Source: Ignavibacteria bacterium (GTDB taxonomy: Bacteria > Bacteroidota > Ignavibacteria > Tepidaquicellales > OLB5). From it: DNA of 64,000 bases. Made by a program: the position numbers and the translations under genes. The stretch is from positions 5,345 to 69,344 of the forward strand of contig JBHEKV010000094.1 of the NCBI GenBank assembly GCA_041859235.1, written 5' to 3'. Of this stretch, positions 47,659 to 58,229 are shown in pieces. The notes under the pieces were generated by a model. It searched no databases, had not been told where the DNA came from, and saw only the letters and a list, made by a program, of their open reading frames with translations. Within the stretch, counting starts at the first letter, position 1. Each line of letters begins with the position of its first letter.

Positions 47659-48441
47659 ATGAGAACTTCTGAAATACAGGGCAAGTTGTGGGGAACTTTT
47701 GCAGAAAGTTGGGCAGATCATGGAGAAGCAACATCTAATGATCTGTTCAAAACAGTGCTCGCTAAAATTATACATTCGGGAAGAGGAAAAAAACTGCTCG
47801 ATGCCGGCTGTGGTGCAGGAGGTTTCTGTAAAATGGCTTATGATGAAGGGTTTGATGTAAGAGGATTTGATGCAAGTGAGCCGCTAATCAAAATTGCCCG
47901 CAATAGAATGCCTCGAACAGAATTCCTTACCGGAGATCTGGAAGAACTGCCGTACAACGATAATACTTTTGATACCGTTACCGGATTTAATAGTTATCAG
48001 TATGCAGGAGATATTGTAAACGCTCTAAAGGAAGCGAAACGTGTCACCAAAAAACATGGTAAGGTAATAATTACAGTTTGGGGTAAGCCGGAAGATTGCG
48101 ATGCTACGCAAATATTTTCTGCACTGGCCCAAATTATGCCGCCTCCACAAAATCCAACGGGAAGGCCGCCTTTATACAATAATGGAAGCCTTGACAATTT
48201 TGCATCAGAAGCTGGACTAGCACCTGTAAAAAATGAAGACATAGTATGCTTATGGAAGTTTGAAAATGAAAGTTCTGCTCTTAAGGCTATACTGTCAGCA
48301 GGATTAATAGCAATTGCCATAAACAATGCAGGAGAAGAAAAAGTCAGGGAAACGGTTAGAAACGCTGTAGCGCAATTCAAAGGTCACGCCGGTAATTATA
48401 TACTTAAGAATTCTTTCAAGTGTTTGGAAGCTGAAGCATAA
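47659..48441 (+). CDS. Class I SAM-dependent methyltransferase
   Basis: SAM-binding motif I LLDAGCGAGGF, acidic post-I residue, and the FD.V....S.QY pattern. Confidence 0.8.
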   Translation: MRTSEIQGKLWGTFAESWADHGEATSNDLFKTVLAKIIHSGRGKKLLDAGCGAGGFCKMAYDEGFDVRGFDASEPLIKIARNRMPRTEFLTGDLEELPYNDNTFDTVTGFNSYQYAGDIVNALKEAKRVTKKHGKVIITVWGKPEDCDATQIFSALAQIMPPPQNPTGRPPLYNNGSLDNFASEAGLAPVKNEDIVCLWKFENESSALKAILSAGLIAIAINNAGEEKVRETVRNAVAQFKGHAGNYILKNSFKCLEAEA

Positions 48442-48455
48442 TTCCTCTGTAAATC

Positions 48456-48484
48456 AAAAAGGCGGACCAATGATCCGCCTTTGA
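48456..48484. terminator. Bidirectional terminator-like hairpin
   Basis: AAAGGCGGA-ccaatga-TCCGCCTTT between convergent genes. Confidence 0.65.
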
Positions 48485-48500
48485 TAAAATCTTTTATTTT

Positions 48501-48968
48501 TCAGTTAAGTCTTTTCGCCGGATTTGTCCACGCAGTAATATTTCTGAACTTACCTTCATAATTAGGATACTCGAGCAGCTTATAGTTTGTACAGTTCACA
48601 GCTGTATCGCATCCAAGTGTTCCCAATACTATTGGTATTTCATTTGCTACCCTGGGAAAGCTGGACCATGTTGCCGCAAGATAATACCTCCCAGAAGGGA
48701 TACCCTCCATTGAGTAAGGCGTCTCATAAAGCCAGTCTCTTGTTTTTAAGTTCAGCGAATCTGTTCTCACCGGTACACGATTGAACGGATTAACGCTATC
48801 GGCATTGAATAATGATATTGAATAATATCCCCCTGACATATAGAGGACAGAATCATAATGTGTTACGTAGCCGGTAAGCTTATCCCCCGATCTGCCGGGA
48901 TCTACCGGACCATCACACGAAACGAAGACAGCAAGAAAAAGTACAAATATGGTTGTTATAGTTCTCAT
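48501..48968 (-). CDS. Lipoprotein of unknown function
   Basis: Signal peptide with lipobox AVFVSCDG. Confidence 0.5.
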   Translation of the reverse strand: MRTITTIFVLFLAVFVSCDGPVDPGRSGDKLTGYVTHYDSVLYMSGGYYSISLFNADSVNPFNRVPVRTDSLNLKTRDWLYETPYSMEGIPSGRYYLAATWSSFPRVANEIPIVLGTLGCDTAVNCTNYKLLEYPNYEGKFRNITAWTNPAKRLN

Positions 48969-49056
48969 ATTTCACCCCCATCGAATATGCAAATTGGATC
49001 ATCTATATACCATAACCATATTAGCTATTTTACGGTAGTAGCAAGAAGCTACTACA

Positions 49057-49371
49057 TTATTTAACTATCTTGTAAATTTTCCACTTCTGCGTCCCGGGAA
49101 TAATAACTTTCGCCATCTGTTCTGCGTATTGTTTGAATTGAGGCTTAGACATATCAGCAAGCGCTTTTTCAAATTCATCTAATGATGTAAATACATATTC
49201 ATCAACAATATGCGCGGCTGATTCGCCAATATATCCTGTATAGACTCTGCATTCAGCAGCCTTAGAAAAACCTGAACTGCGCATCTTTTCTGCACCCCAT
49301 TCCTTAATTATGTTTAGGGCCTCACCCAGCTTTCCGAAATGAATATCCAGCGACCATTGACAAAGATACAT
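49057..49371 (-). CDS. Small alpha/beta protein of unknown function (paralogous to 46232-46531)
   Basis: See 46232-46531. Confidence 0.4.
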   Translation of the reverse strand: MYLCQWSLDIHFGKLGEALNIIKEWGAEKMRSSGFSKAAECRVYTGYIGESAAHIVDEYVFTSLDEFEKALADMSKPQFKQYAEQMAKVIIPGTQKWKIYKIVK

Positions 49372-49388
49372 AGTTTAACTCCTTTCGT

Positions 49389-49898
49389 TTATTTCTTTAC
49401 TATCATGTCACTATATGATGAACTCAGGACATCTGAATTCTTTATCTTGAAGATCTCCTTAAGGTATTTCATTTTGTTCAATGATTCATTTTCCTGCAGA
49501 ATTGTGTTGCAGATAATTTCAAATTCCATGAACTTTCCCAAAGAATAAACATTATCTATATGTATTCTTACGTTCTGCCAAAAATATAATCTTCTGCTTT
49601 TTGAAACAATGGTTCTTACGCTGTAAATATCACTCAAGATCTCTTCGACATTTTTTGGATGGCTTATTTCAGAAATATAGTAATTGCTGTACTTAGCCGT
49701 TGCCCTGTTATTGCGCTTATAATAAATTAATTGATGAATTGTGTTATTGATAGATCTCAACTTAAGCCTGCCGGGCGTAATATCAAAATATACATCTCGC
49801 TGATGAAGGATACCTTTATACTCTGCATTGAGCTTCTTCAAGGCATTAAATACTCTTTTGCGGTCACAGTACCTTACCTTTAGTTCAAGATTCTTCAA
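49389..49898 (-). CDS. CYTH domain protein (class IV adenylate cyclase/triphosphate tunnel metalloenzyme-like), TTG start
   Basis: N-terminal NLELKVRY (ExExK-type strand), then QRDVYFD...GRLKLR, typical of CyaB/CYTH proteins. Confidence 0.65.
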   Translation of the reverse strand: MKNLELKVRYCDRKRVFNALKKLNAEYKGILHQRDVYFDITPGRLKLRSINNTIHQLIYYKRNNRATAKYSNYYISEISHPKNVEEILSDIYSVRTIVSKSRRLYFWQNVRIHIDNVYSLGKFMEFEIICNTILQENESLNKMKYLKEIFKIKNSDVLSSSYSDMIVKK

Positions 49899-50395
49899 TT
49901 TGCACCTTTGGTTTCATCCCCTGAGAGTGAACGGTAATAATGTACCATCAAAACAAATATTATTAACGGTATAACAATATCGCCGGCGTAAAGAAAAATA
50001 CCTGTATTATATGGTGAGGTATCCCCCTTCATTATTTGAACATAATGACCGTATGCTGCTCCCCACAGAAAAATACAATTACCAATCACAACGGCCATCC
50101 AGAATTTCCCCCTGAAAAAGATGCATAAGAAACCAAGCAAGCCATATGAAAGATTAGCAACTGCAATTTCAAACTGGAAGGGGCTGCCGGTTGGCCAGCC
50201 GATCTGCTCGGCTACCTGATTAGGTAAAAACGCATGTCCCATAAACGCGTATAACCCTGCCGCGCCAATATTCAGAACAATGAGATATAAAAGAAAAACC
50301 CCGGCTTTTTCCCGGCGGGATAATTTCTTACGCGAAACTGACAATCTTATTAATGCGGAAACAACTGCTATTGCAAATAAAATTAAGGGATACAC
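49895..50395 (-). CDS. Integral membrane protein of unknown function (4-5 TM)
   Basis: Hydrophobic helices throughout. Its TGA stop overlaps the TTG start of the CYTH gene (TTGA). Confidence 0.5.
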   Translation of the reverse strand: MYPLILFAIAVVSALIRLSVSRKKLSRREKAGVFLLYLIVLNIGAAGLYAFMGHAFLPNQVAEQIGWPTGSPFQFEIAVANLSYGLLGFLCIFFRGKFWMAVVIGNCIFLWGAAYGHYVQIMKGDTSPYNTGIFLYAGDIVIPLIIFVLMVHYYRSLSGDETKGAN

Positions 50396-50425
50396 TCTGT
50401 ACCTCCTTTTTGAAATTCGGTTTTT

Positions 50426-52540
50426 TTAATTTGGCTGATCTTTGAGTAACTCCAAAAGATCTTTTACATTTTTAACAGGAAGCCTGCATGCAAAATTTTC
50501 ACACACATACGCAGTAGGTTCAGCGGAACCTTGTATCACTTTTGAGGCAAAAGTAATGCTGTTTGAAGCATTATTCGGGTCGATTTTTACAACCACCTTA
50601 TCCGGAATATATCTTGCTAAAACTTCACGCATCATTCTGAATGCTGTTTCATCATTATTGCTTCCGGCTATAATTATCTGTTTAGGCTTGTATAATAATG
50701 AGTCCAGGGCTACAAGCATTTGCGGCATTGCATAGGGCATTTTTTCAAGCTTACCGCTGAATGCCAGTACAGACTTATAAGCCATATCATACCAATTGGT
50801 ATTGCCCGTTAAAGCTGAAAGCCTTAATAAATTATTTATGGCAACGGAGTTGCCGGTAGGTTCAGCTGAATCATAATCTTCCTTTGTTCTTACAAGAATA
50901 CTCGTATCCTTGCCTGATGTATCAAAGAATCCTCCTTCGGTTTCATCATAAAAATCATTTACCATTACTTCACATAGCTCAACTGCAAGTTTAAGATATT
51001 TTTCATCAAATGACGCTTCATAGAGGTCAATTAGTCCCTGCGAGAAGAACGAAAAATCTTCAAGGGTTGCATCAATATTGGCTTCACCATCACGCCAGCG
51101 GTGAAGCAATTTTTTATCCCGGGGATTGTATAAGTTCTCAAGAATAAAATCAGCAGCCATTTGCGCTTTTTCAAGATAAAGCGTCTCATCAAACACCTGG
51201 TAAGTTTTGGCAAAGGCCGAAATCATCAAACCATTCCATGAAGTAAGTATTTTATCATCTTTGTGAGGTAATGGCCGTTTTTCGCGCTCATTGAATAATA
51301 TCTTTTTGCACTCCTCTATCAGTTCGTTTATTTCATCCGTTGAACGCTCAAACTTATTTGATGTTTCTGAAAGTGTATGTTTTTTATACAATATGTTTTT
51401 TTCTACAAACACGCTGTGCGGGTCGCTGCCCTGCGGTGCATTGCCGTAGTCATTCACACCGAAAAAGTAATTAAATATTTCTGAATCTTCACCAAGCAAA
51501 GAATCAATTTCGCTTTTGCTCCATACGTAAAACGCGCCTTCTTCTTTTTCATGCGGCTCGGCGGGATCAATCACTGACTCCGCATCTTCGGCTGAAAAGA
51601 ACCCACCTTCTGCATCAGTCATCACCCTGCTTACATACGCAAGCACGTCACGGGTTATATCGCCAAAATACTTATCACCGGTTATCTGGTACGTTTCAAG
51701 ATAGTTAACTGCAAGCTGCGCCTGGTCATACAGCATTTTTTCAAAATGCGGCACACGCCAGTAGCGGTCAACACTGTACCTGTGGAATCCCCCGCCCAGG
51801 TGGTCATACATTCCTCCTTTTGCCATTTGCAGCAGTGTGCGGATAACCATTTGCAAAGATTCAGAATCTTCAAACCTGTAATAAGCCCTCAATAAAAAAT
51901 TAATTCCGGGCGGTCTTGGGAATTTCGGTGCGCCGCCAAATCCGCCGTACTCCTCATCAAATCCGTTTTTGAATTGCTGCGCTCCTTTGAGCAGCATTTC
52001 CTTATTAAGTTCATTTTCAGAAGATGTGTTCTGTGAAGCTTCCCGGATATGTTCAATAATTTTACCCCCTGATTCCAGCACTTCATCACGCCTGTTCATC
52101 CATGCATCAAAAAGCTGTGTGATTAGGTCTTCAAATCCGGGCAGGCCGTACTTTGATTTTGGCGGCACATAGGTTGCGCCGTAAAACGGCTTAAGTTCAG
52201 GGGTTAAGAACATGCTCATTGGCCAGCCGCCGGAGCCTGTCATTGCCTGCAGAGCTGACATATATACGCGGTCAACATCGGGACGTTCTTCCCTATCGAC
52301 CTTTATGTTCACAAAAAGCTTATTCATTTCATTTGCTATATGTTCATTTTCGAACACTTCGCGCTCCATAACGTGGCACCAGTAGCAGGTTGAGTATCCT
52401 ATGGAAAGAAATATAGGTTTATCTTCATCCCTGGCTTTTTGAAAGGCTTCCTCGCCCCACGGGTACCACTCCACAGGATTATACGCATGCTGAATAAGGT
52501 AAGGCGATTTTTCGTTAATTAATTTGTTTGGTTTAGGCAT
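50426..52540 (-). CDS. Thioredoxin-domain protein of the YyaL/DUF255 (SPATA20-like) family
   Basis: N-terminal [13 protein letters not shown]...[20 protein letters not shown], followed by a long six-hairpin glycosidase-like helical region. Confidence 0.85.
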   Translation of the reverse strand: MPKPNKLINEKSPYLIQHAYNPVEWYPWGEEAFQKARDEDKPIFLSIGYSTCYWCHVMEREVFENEHIANEMNKLFVNIKVDREERPDVDRVYMSALQAMTGSGGWPMSMFLTPELKPFYGATYVPPKSKYGLPGFEDLITQLFDAWMNRRDEVLESGGKIIEHIREASQNTSSENELNKEMLLKGAQQFKNGFDEEYGGFGGAPKFPRPPGINFLLRAYYRFEDSESLQMVIRTLLQMAKGGMYDHLGGGFHRYSVDRYWRVPHFEKMLYDQAQLAVNYLETYQITGDKYFGDITRDVLAYVSRVMTDAEGGFFSAEDAESVIDPAEPHEKEEGAFYVWSKSEIDSLLGEDSEIFNYFFGVNDYGNAPQGSDPHSVFVEKNILYKKHTLSETSNKFERSTDEINELIEECKKILFNEREKRPLPHKDDKILTSWNGLMISAFAKTYQVFDETLYLEKAQMAADFILENLYNPRDKKLLHRWRDGEANIDATLEDFSFFSQGLIDLYEASFDEKYLKLAVELCEVMVNDFYDETEGGFFDTSGKDTSILVRTKEDYDSAEPTGNSVAINNLLRLSALTGNTNWYDMAYKSVLAFSGKLEKMPYAMPQMLVALDSLLYKPKQIIIAGSNNDETAFRMMREVLARYIPDKVVVKIDPNNASNSITFASKVIQGSAEPTAYVCENFACRLPVKNVKDLLELLKDQPN

Positions 52541-52546
52541 AGTAGT

Positions 52547-53734
52547 TTATTCGAATAATACATTAATATCTAATTTTATGAAATCTTTCCAGCTGATAGT
52601 ATCATTGCTTATTACAATATTTTTAAATGTTTTAAATTTACTTGCAAATTCAGTCTGACCTTTATTATTTCTCATATTACCTGATTTTACTTCCAGTGAA
52701 ATCAATTTACTGCCTTTTTTTAAAATAAAATCAACTTCATTGTTTCCTTCCCGCCAGTAAAATAAATTAATATTATTAACTCTGCATTGATTTAACAAAT
52801 AACCTCCAATTGCCGATTCTATCAACCTGCCATAGATCGCATTTCCTGGTTCAAGATCTTTTTGACTCATGTTAGAATAAACATTAAAAAATGCGTTATT
52901 GTAAACATTCCATTTAGGAATTGAATTTCTTAAGTTAATTCTAGAACCAGAATATTTTTGCAGACCTGATATAAACCAAATTTTATCAAGCAGATACTGA
53001 TATTGAACCAGAGTAATTGTATTTCCTTTATCACTTAAATTTCCAATTATTTTAGTATAAGATAGTATTTGCGATGAATATAAACATCCAACTTCAAATA
53101 AATTTTTCAATAAGGCAGGCTTTTTGATATTAGTCAGCATTACAATATCTTTTGAAATAGTAGTTTCAATAATTGAATTCAGGATGTAGTCTTTCCATCT
53201 TTTTTCATCATTGATAAGAACCGCGGAACCCGGATAGCTGCCGAAGTAAACATACTGATCTTCAGTGAAACCGAATGCCTCATGCATTTCGTTATAATCC
53301 CAATGAGGCAGATATATTATTTCAAATCTTCCGGTAAGCGATTCCGTCAGACCTTTATCGATTAATAGAGCTGAAGAACCGAGTAAAATAACTTTAACAT
53401 TCAAATTATTTCTTCTATCTTCATCCCATTCTTTCTTAACAGCATCACTCCATTTATCAATTTTCTGGACTTCATCTATTACGAATAAAACGGTCTCAGC
53501 CCCAGTTGTTTTCAGTTTTATTCTTGCAGCTTCCCATTGGGAAGCGATCCAGTTGGAATCACTTGATGGAACATTATCTGCAGTTGAAAATTGGAAAGGA
53601 AAATCAACATATTTCAACAATTGTTCTACCAAAGTAGTTTTACCAACCTGCCGTGTACCGGAAAGAATTTGAATATGATTGGTCTTTTCTTCTATGCGAT
53701 TTCTTAATATCTTAAGCTGTTTTCTTTCAAACAT
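52547..53734 (-). CDS. AAA-family ATPase (AAA_14 + DUF4143-like architecture)
   Basis: Walker A GTRQVGKTTL, Walker B VLFVIDEVQ, and a C-terminal EVDFIL...ISLEVK nuclease-like tail, typical of this family. Confidence 0.7.
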   Translation of the reverse strand: MFERKQLKILRNRIEEKTNHIQILSGTRQVGKTTLVEQLLKYVDFPFQFSTADNVPSSDSNWIASQWEAARIKLKTTGAETVLFVIDEVQKIDKWSDAVKKEWDEDRRNNLNVKVILLGSSALLIDKGLTESLTGRFEIIYLPHWDYNEMHEAFGFTEDQYVYFGSYPGSAVLINDEKRWKDYILNSIIETTISKDIVMLTNIKKPALLKNLFEVGCLYSSQILSYTKIIGNLSDKGNTITLVQYQYLLDKIWFISGLQKYSGSRINLRNSIPKWNVYNNAFFNVYSNMSQKDLEPGNAIYGRLIESAIGGYLLNQCRVNNINLFYWREGNNEVDFILKKGSKLISLEVKSGNMRNNKGQTEFASKFKTFKNIVISNDTISWKDFIKLDINVLFE

Positions 53735-53871
53735 TTAAGTTAGTATATTTTACTAAGTCTAATGAGTAAAATTACTAATTCTAATGAGTAAAATCAAGCT
53801 ATTGACCATAACTTATTGATTTTTCGTTATTGATACTAATATAATCTCTTAGTAAACAAACATAATTTAAT

Positions 53872-54681
53872 ATGGTACCGAAAGATTATTCGGAAGATTC
53901 AAAGAATTTCTATTTGAATGAACAGAACAAAAAAATTCAAAAAGAACTTGAAGAAAAATATGGAATGCAGGGTTCCGGTGTTTCTGATGATGCATCCCCG
54001 GAAATAATGAATAATTTCCTGAATTATGTTCAACAATTTGAGGAACAGTGGGAAAAGGCTCAAAGAAAAAAGATCAGAGAAATACTCGGCAATCCAATAT
54101 TCAGGAAAATAGAAGACATCAAACCGGATAAAATTGAAGATGAAATCAATTTTGTTTTACAAAAGTATGCAGAAAAGAACTTCAATATTGATATTATTGA
54201 AAAAGATGATGTTAAACCAGGAGACTTCTATATATTCCTAACCGAAGAATTAATGGAACATGAAACTGATTTTATCAGTATCCCGGGCATGAATACAAAT
54301 TTCATTTATGAGGAATTTCACCCCAGCCCAAAACTTAACATTAAGGATTGCGTGGAATATTTTCACTGGGGTTTGAAGAACAAAGATAAAGAACAAACTT
54401 TATTATGGTCAGCAAAAGAAAACATTGCGCTTAATAACATTAGTTATGATAGAGATGAATTTGCTCTTAATTTGTTTAAATTATTCCCGGATAATATAGA
54501 AGAAACCAAAATAAATTTTAAAGAAATCAATATAAATGATCTGAAAGCACAAATTGAGCTTATCATTAATTTTAAATCCGGAGATAAAGACAGATCTGAA
54601 ATATACAATATCATATTTGAGTTTAATAAAGTTGATGCGGATTATATGGAAGTAAGATCCGTCGAAATTATTAATATATAA
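53872..54681 (+). CDS. Hypothetical protein (269 aa, acidic/Lys-rich)
   Basis: ORF only; no recognised motif. Confidence 0.35.
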   Translation: MVPKDYSEDSKNFYLNEQNKKIQKELEEKYGMQGSGVSDDASPEIMNNFLNYVQQFEEQWEKAQRKKIREILGNPIFRKIEDIKPDKIEDEINFVLQKYAEKNFNIDIIEKDDVKPGDFYIFLTEELMEHETDFISIPGMNTNFIYEEFHPSPKLNIKDCVEYFHWGLKNKDKEQTLLWSAKENIALNNISYDRDEFALNLFKLFPDNIEETKINFKEININDLKAQIELIINFKSGDKDRSEIYNIIFEFNKVDADYMEVRSVEIINI

Positions 54682-54682
54682 T

Positions 54683-55309
54683 TTGAAAAATTTAAAGAAT
54701 AATATACTCCCTCAGCTCTTCATTATCTACACACGTTATCTAATAGGCGCTGCGTTTGTATTTGCCAGTGTTGTTAAGCTGCAGGGCAAGCGATTTACAA
54801 CAATTGACGGCATCAATGAGCCTATTAATTCCGCGTGGCATATGTTTGAAACGCTGTACCAGTCAGGGTTGTGGTGGAAGGTTATGGGGCTGGGTCAGTT
54901 GATAGCGGGTCTGCTGCTTATGACTCAGCGCTACGCAAAGCTTGGCGCGCTGATGTTTCTGCCAATTATTTCAAACGTATTTGTGATAACTTTATCGTAT
55001 GATTTCCGGGGTACTCCGGTTATTACCGGCTTAATGCTGTTAGCCAACATTATGCTTGTATTTTGGGATTGGGATGAATTAAAGGTTCTTGTAAACAAAA
55101 CTCCTGCAGCACCTGCGCCTAACAGATTTGAAAACATGCGTATTTGGGAAATTACCGGTCTGATCCTATTTCTATTTACGGCTATTTACAGAGCAGGTGT
55201 ATCCGGTTATAATATTTTAGTTTGGGTTGCTGTATGTTTCGTAATTGGATTAACAGGTTTAATTATAGGACTATATAAATATAAAAAAACACTAAATGCA
55301 CAAATTTGA
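54683..55309 (+). CDS. Membrane protein, DoxX-like (TTG start)
   Basis: Four to five TM helices. The N-terminal RYLIGAAFVFASVVKLQG resembles DoxX-like families. Confidence 0.4.
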   Translation: MKNLKNNILPQLFIIYTRYLIGAAFVFASVVKLQGKRFTTIDGINEPINSAWHMFETLYQSGLWWKVMGLGQLIAGLLLMTQRYAKLGALMFLPIISNVFVITLSYDFRGTPVITGLMLLANIMLVFWDWDELKVLVNKTPAAPAPNRFENMRIWEITGLILFLFTAIYRAGVSGYNILVWVAVCFVIGLTGLIIGLYKYKKTLNAQI

Positions 55310-56198
55310 TATAACCCTTCTCACATCCTCAAAGTACATGACCACAGATCCCGGTGATGAGTTTGTGGATAACATTCTGGAAGAAGACAGGCTGCTAATA
55401 GGCGCACTTGAAAAGCGCGGTCTGAAGGCAACCCGTACTTACTGGGATGACCCCGAATTCAACTGGGCAGATACAAAGTGTGTGCTGTTCAGGACGCCAT
55501 GGGATTACTTTAACCGCTATGATGAATTTGAGCCATGGCTTAAGAAAGCAGGTAAGGTCACAAAATTTATTAATCCGCTTGATGTTATTTACTGGAATAT
55601 TGATAAGCATTATATGCTTGATCTTGAAAAAGCCGGTATAAATATTCCCCCAACAATTTTTATAGAGCCGGGTGATAAACGTTCGCTAACAAAAATAACC
55701 ACTGAGTTGAATTGGGAAGAGTTTATTTTAAAGCCGGCAATATCTGGCGGCGCATGGCATACCTATAGAATGAACAGAGAAAATATTTCAGAACATGAAT
55801 CTGTATTTACTGAGCTTATCATGGATAGATCAATGCTTGTGCAGGAATATCAGAAGAGCATGTTGAGCCGGGGTGAGGTTTCATACATGGTATTTGGCGG
55901 TAAGTTCACACACGCTGTTTTAAAAAAAGGAAAGGGTGAAGATTTCAGGGTGCAGGAGAATTTTGGCGGTACCGTTCATGATTACTCACCCACCAGAGAA
56001 GAAATTGAATTTGCGCAATTGGTAGTCGAAAAGGCAAAACCGGGGATAATTTATGCAAGAGTTGATGTGATGAAGGATAACAAAAGTAAATTAACGCTGG
56101 GTGAGCTGGAAGTATTTGAGCCTGCATTATGGCTGCGCAAACACCCGCCTGCTGCTGATTTGCTTGCAGATTTAATTGCCGGAGTGGTCAGGAAATAA
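55296..56198 (+). CDS. ATP-grasp fold protein (RimK/GshB-like), substrate unknown
   Basis: Pattern FILKPAISGGAWHTY ... MLVQEYQ ... GEVSYMVFGGKF ... FRVQENFGG ... YARVDV...LGELEVFEPAL is consistent with the ATP-grasp nucleotide-binding core. Confidence 0.55.
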   Translation: MHKFDITLLTSSKYMTTDPGDEFVDNILEEDRLLIGALEKRGLKATRTYWDDPEFNWADTKCVLFRTPWDYFNRYDEFEPWLKKAGKVTKFINPLDVIYWNIDKHYMLDLEKAGINIPPTIFIEPGDKRSLTKITTELNWEEFILKPAISGGAWHTYRMNRENISEHESVFTELIMDRSMLVQEYQKSMLSRGEVSYMVFGGKFTHAVLKKGKGEDFRVQENFGGTVHDYSPTREEIEFAQLVVEKAKPGIIYARVDVMKDNKSKLTLGELEVFEPALWLRKHPPAADLLADLIAGVVRK

Positions 56199-56279
56199 AC
56201 TCCCGGATTGGATAATATACAAGAACCCGTGCGGCTGTTTAAAGTGTTAAATGAATAAACAGCGGAAGGAGAGCATAAT

Positions 56280-56669
56280 ATGTTGGATACAGGTAAAGCA
56301 TTCAGTAGTTTCTCAGTCAGTGATATTTCAAAAGCAAAAGAGTTTTACGGCGGCAAATTAGGAATGAAAATACGCGATGGCGAAATGGGTACATTGGAAT
56401 TGATCATAGCAAACAACTCTGTTGTTATAATCTACCCAAAGCCAAATCAGGTGCCTGCTGAGTTTACAATACTTAACATTCCAACAGATAATATTGATGA
56501 AGCCGTTGATGAACTTAAGGAAAAGTGCATAGAATTTTTACAATATAATAACGAATCGATAAAGACTGACCATAAAGGCGTAATGCGCGGCAACGGTCCT
56601 AATATAGCCTGGTTTAAAGATCCGGCTGGGAATATTTTGAGTGTAATTGAAGCTGTTCCGATTTTGTAG
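56280..56669 (+). CDS. VOC (glyoxalase/bleomycin resistance/dioxygenase) family protein
   Basis: Size and pattern (FSVSDISKAKEFYGGKLGM ... WFKDPAGNILSVIE). Confidence 0.65.
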   Translation: MLDTGKAFSSFSVSDISKAKEFYGGKLGMKIRDGEMGTLELIIANNSVVIIYPKPNQVPAEFTILNIPTDNIDEAVDELKEKCIEFLQYNNESIKTDHKGVMRGNGPNIAWFKDPAGNILSVIEAVPIL

Positions 56670-56745
56670 ACTCACAATACTGATTTAAAATTGATATATA
56701 TTCAAATATCTTTATTATTTCTGCAGGTATTTGTAATTTACCTTT

Positions 56746-57201
56746 ATGAGTGAATGTTTATCATGTTTATCCAACAGCGGTGAAAAAAGAATAAGTCCCG
56801 CATCAACAATTTACGAAGGCGTATACTGGCTTGTCGAACACGTCAATCCAACAGGTTTGTTAGGCTGGGTTGTTATTGTACTTAAACGCCATAGTGAAAG
56901 ACTTCACGAGCTTACCCGGGATGAATGGCTTGAGCTAAGCGAAATTAATTTCAGGCTGACTGGCGCTCTTCATAATATCCTGGAATCTGAAAAGGAATAC
57001 TCATGCTGCTTTGCAGAAATGGAAGGTTTCAGGCATATTCATTTCCATTTGATACCTAAGACGAGTAAATTTAATGAACATTATACCGGCTCAAAAGTAT
57101 TTGACTATTTGCGGATACCTGAAAATGAAGCAGTTAGCAAGGATGAGATCATTAACTTCTGCAATAAATTAAGCCAGGAAATGAGTAAAAAGTGGGAATA
57201 A
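56746..57201 (+). CDS. HIT family protein
   Basis: N-terminal Cys pair and the histidine triad FRHIHFHLIP. Confidence 0.75.
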   Translation: MSECLSCLSNSGEKRISPASTIYEGVYWLVEHVNPTGLLGWVVIVLKRHSERLHELTRDEWLELSEINFRLTGALHNILESEKEYSCCFAEMEGFRHIHFHLIPKTSKFNEHYTGSKVFDYLRIPENEAVSKDEIINFCNKLSQEMSKKWE

Positions 57202-57758
57202 CTATACATTATCAAGGCAAGATAAATGAACTTTCATTGATCGATAATTTTATTGATGAATTGACAGATATATCAAATGAGTTGGAATGGAAAAATCATA
57301 TTATTGATGACAACGAGCTAAATATAAAAGGAATTATGATTTCACCACCTCCCGAGTGTGAACTGCTTACATTTCTATTTGATAAAACCACTGGCATCAT
57401 AAAGGACAGAATAATTCTTGCTTTTGATGATATGGGCGATGACCATTACAAATACAACCATACCAAAACACAGTTTGCGCCAATAAATGTACATATTACA
57501 ATTATAAAACTGCTAAAATATCTACAGGGCAAATATATTTCAGACCTCGCCGTTACTGATGAAGGAGAGTATTGGGAAACAAATAATGCCGAACTTTTGC
57601 AGACTAAGTTTGATTTTCTGGATGAGATGATCAACCTGATAACTGATTCACTAAATAAAACACAAAAAAAACCCGGCGAATCTGTTGAATCTTTAGCCGA
57701 AAGAATAGAAAAAATTCTGGCTGAAATACACGAAAGAAACAGAAATAAATATGGCTAA
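57192..57758 (+). CDS. Hypothetical protein (GTG start overlapping the HIT gene)
   Basis: ORF only, with a 10-nt overlap with the upstream gene. Confidence 0.35.
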   Translation: MGITIHYQGKINELSLIDNFIDELTDISNELEWKNHIIDDNELNIKGIMISPPPECELLTFLFDKTTGIIKDRIILAFDDMGDDHYKYNHTKTQFAPINVHITIIKLLKYLQGKYISDLAVTDEGEYWETNNAELLQTKFDFLDEMINLITDSLNKTQKKPGESVESLAERIEKILAEIHERNRNKYG

Positions 57759-57839
57759 TATTCCCATTTAGTTATATAATTAACAGATAAATAAGAAGAT
57801 ATTTCTGCAAAACCCCTTGCGAAACTAAATGGTTTCATG

Positions 57840-57847
57840 TATATTTG
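57840..57847 (+). promoter_or_regulatory. Candidate FCB-type -7 promoter box (TATATTTG) for the ArsR operon
   Basis: Exact TATATTTG 38 nt upstream of ATG 57885. A TTG lies 20 nt further upstream. Confidence 0.4.
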
Positions 57848-57884
57848 CAACCATAAGGTTTCATATTAAACAAACTCAAATAAT

Positions 57885-58229
57885 ATGCAAAGAGATGTAT
57901 TTCAGGCGATTGCCGATCCAACCAGGCGCGAAATACTGGGTATGATAGCTTACCGCTCACTGAACGTAAATGCAGTTTCAGGGCATTTCGATATCACACG
58001 CGCAGCGATTTATAAACATTTAAAGATCTTACGCGAAGCCGGTCTTGTTGAAGTAAGACAGGCTGGGCGTGAACGTTTCTGCCACGCGAAAATGGAGAAA
58101 CTTGAAGTTGTTTCAGAGTGGGTTGCGCAGTACCGCAAACTGTGGAATCAAAAGCTTGATTCACTTGAAGCATACCTTGATAAAATACAGAATGGTGCAA
58201 ATCCAAAAGGAGGAATCAATGACAAATAA
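57885..58229 (+). CDS. ArsR/SmtB family transcriptional regulator
   Basis: FQAIADPTRREILGMI ... wHTH ... HLKILREAGLV. Confidence 0.85.
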   Translation: MQRDVFQAIADPTRREILGMIAYRSLNVNAVSGHFDITRAAIYKHLKILREAGLVEVRQAGRERFCHAKMEKLEVVSEWVAQYRKLWNQKLDSLEAYLDKIQNGANPKGGINDK

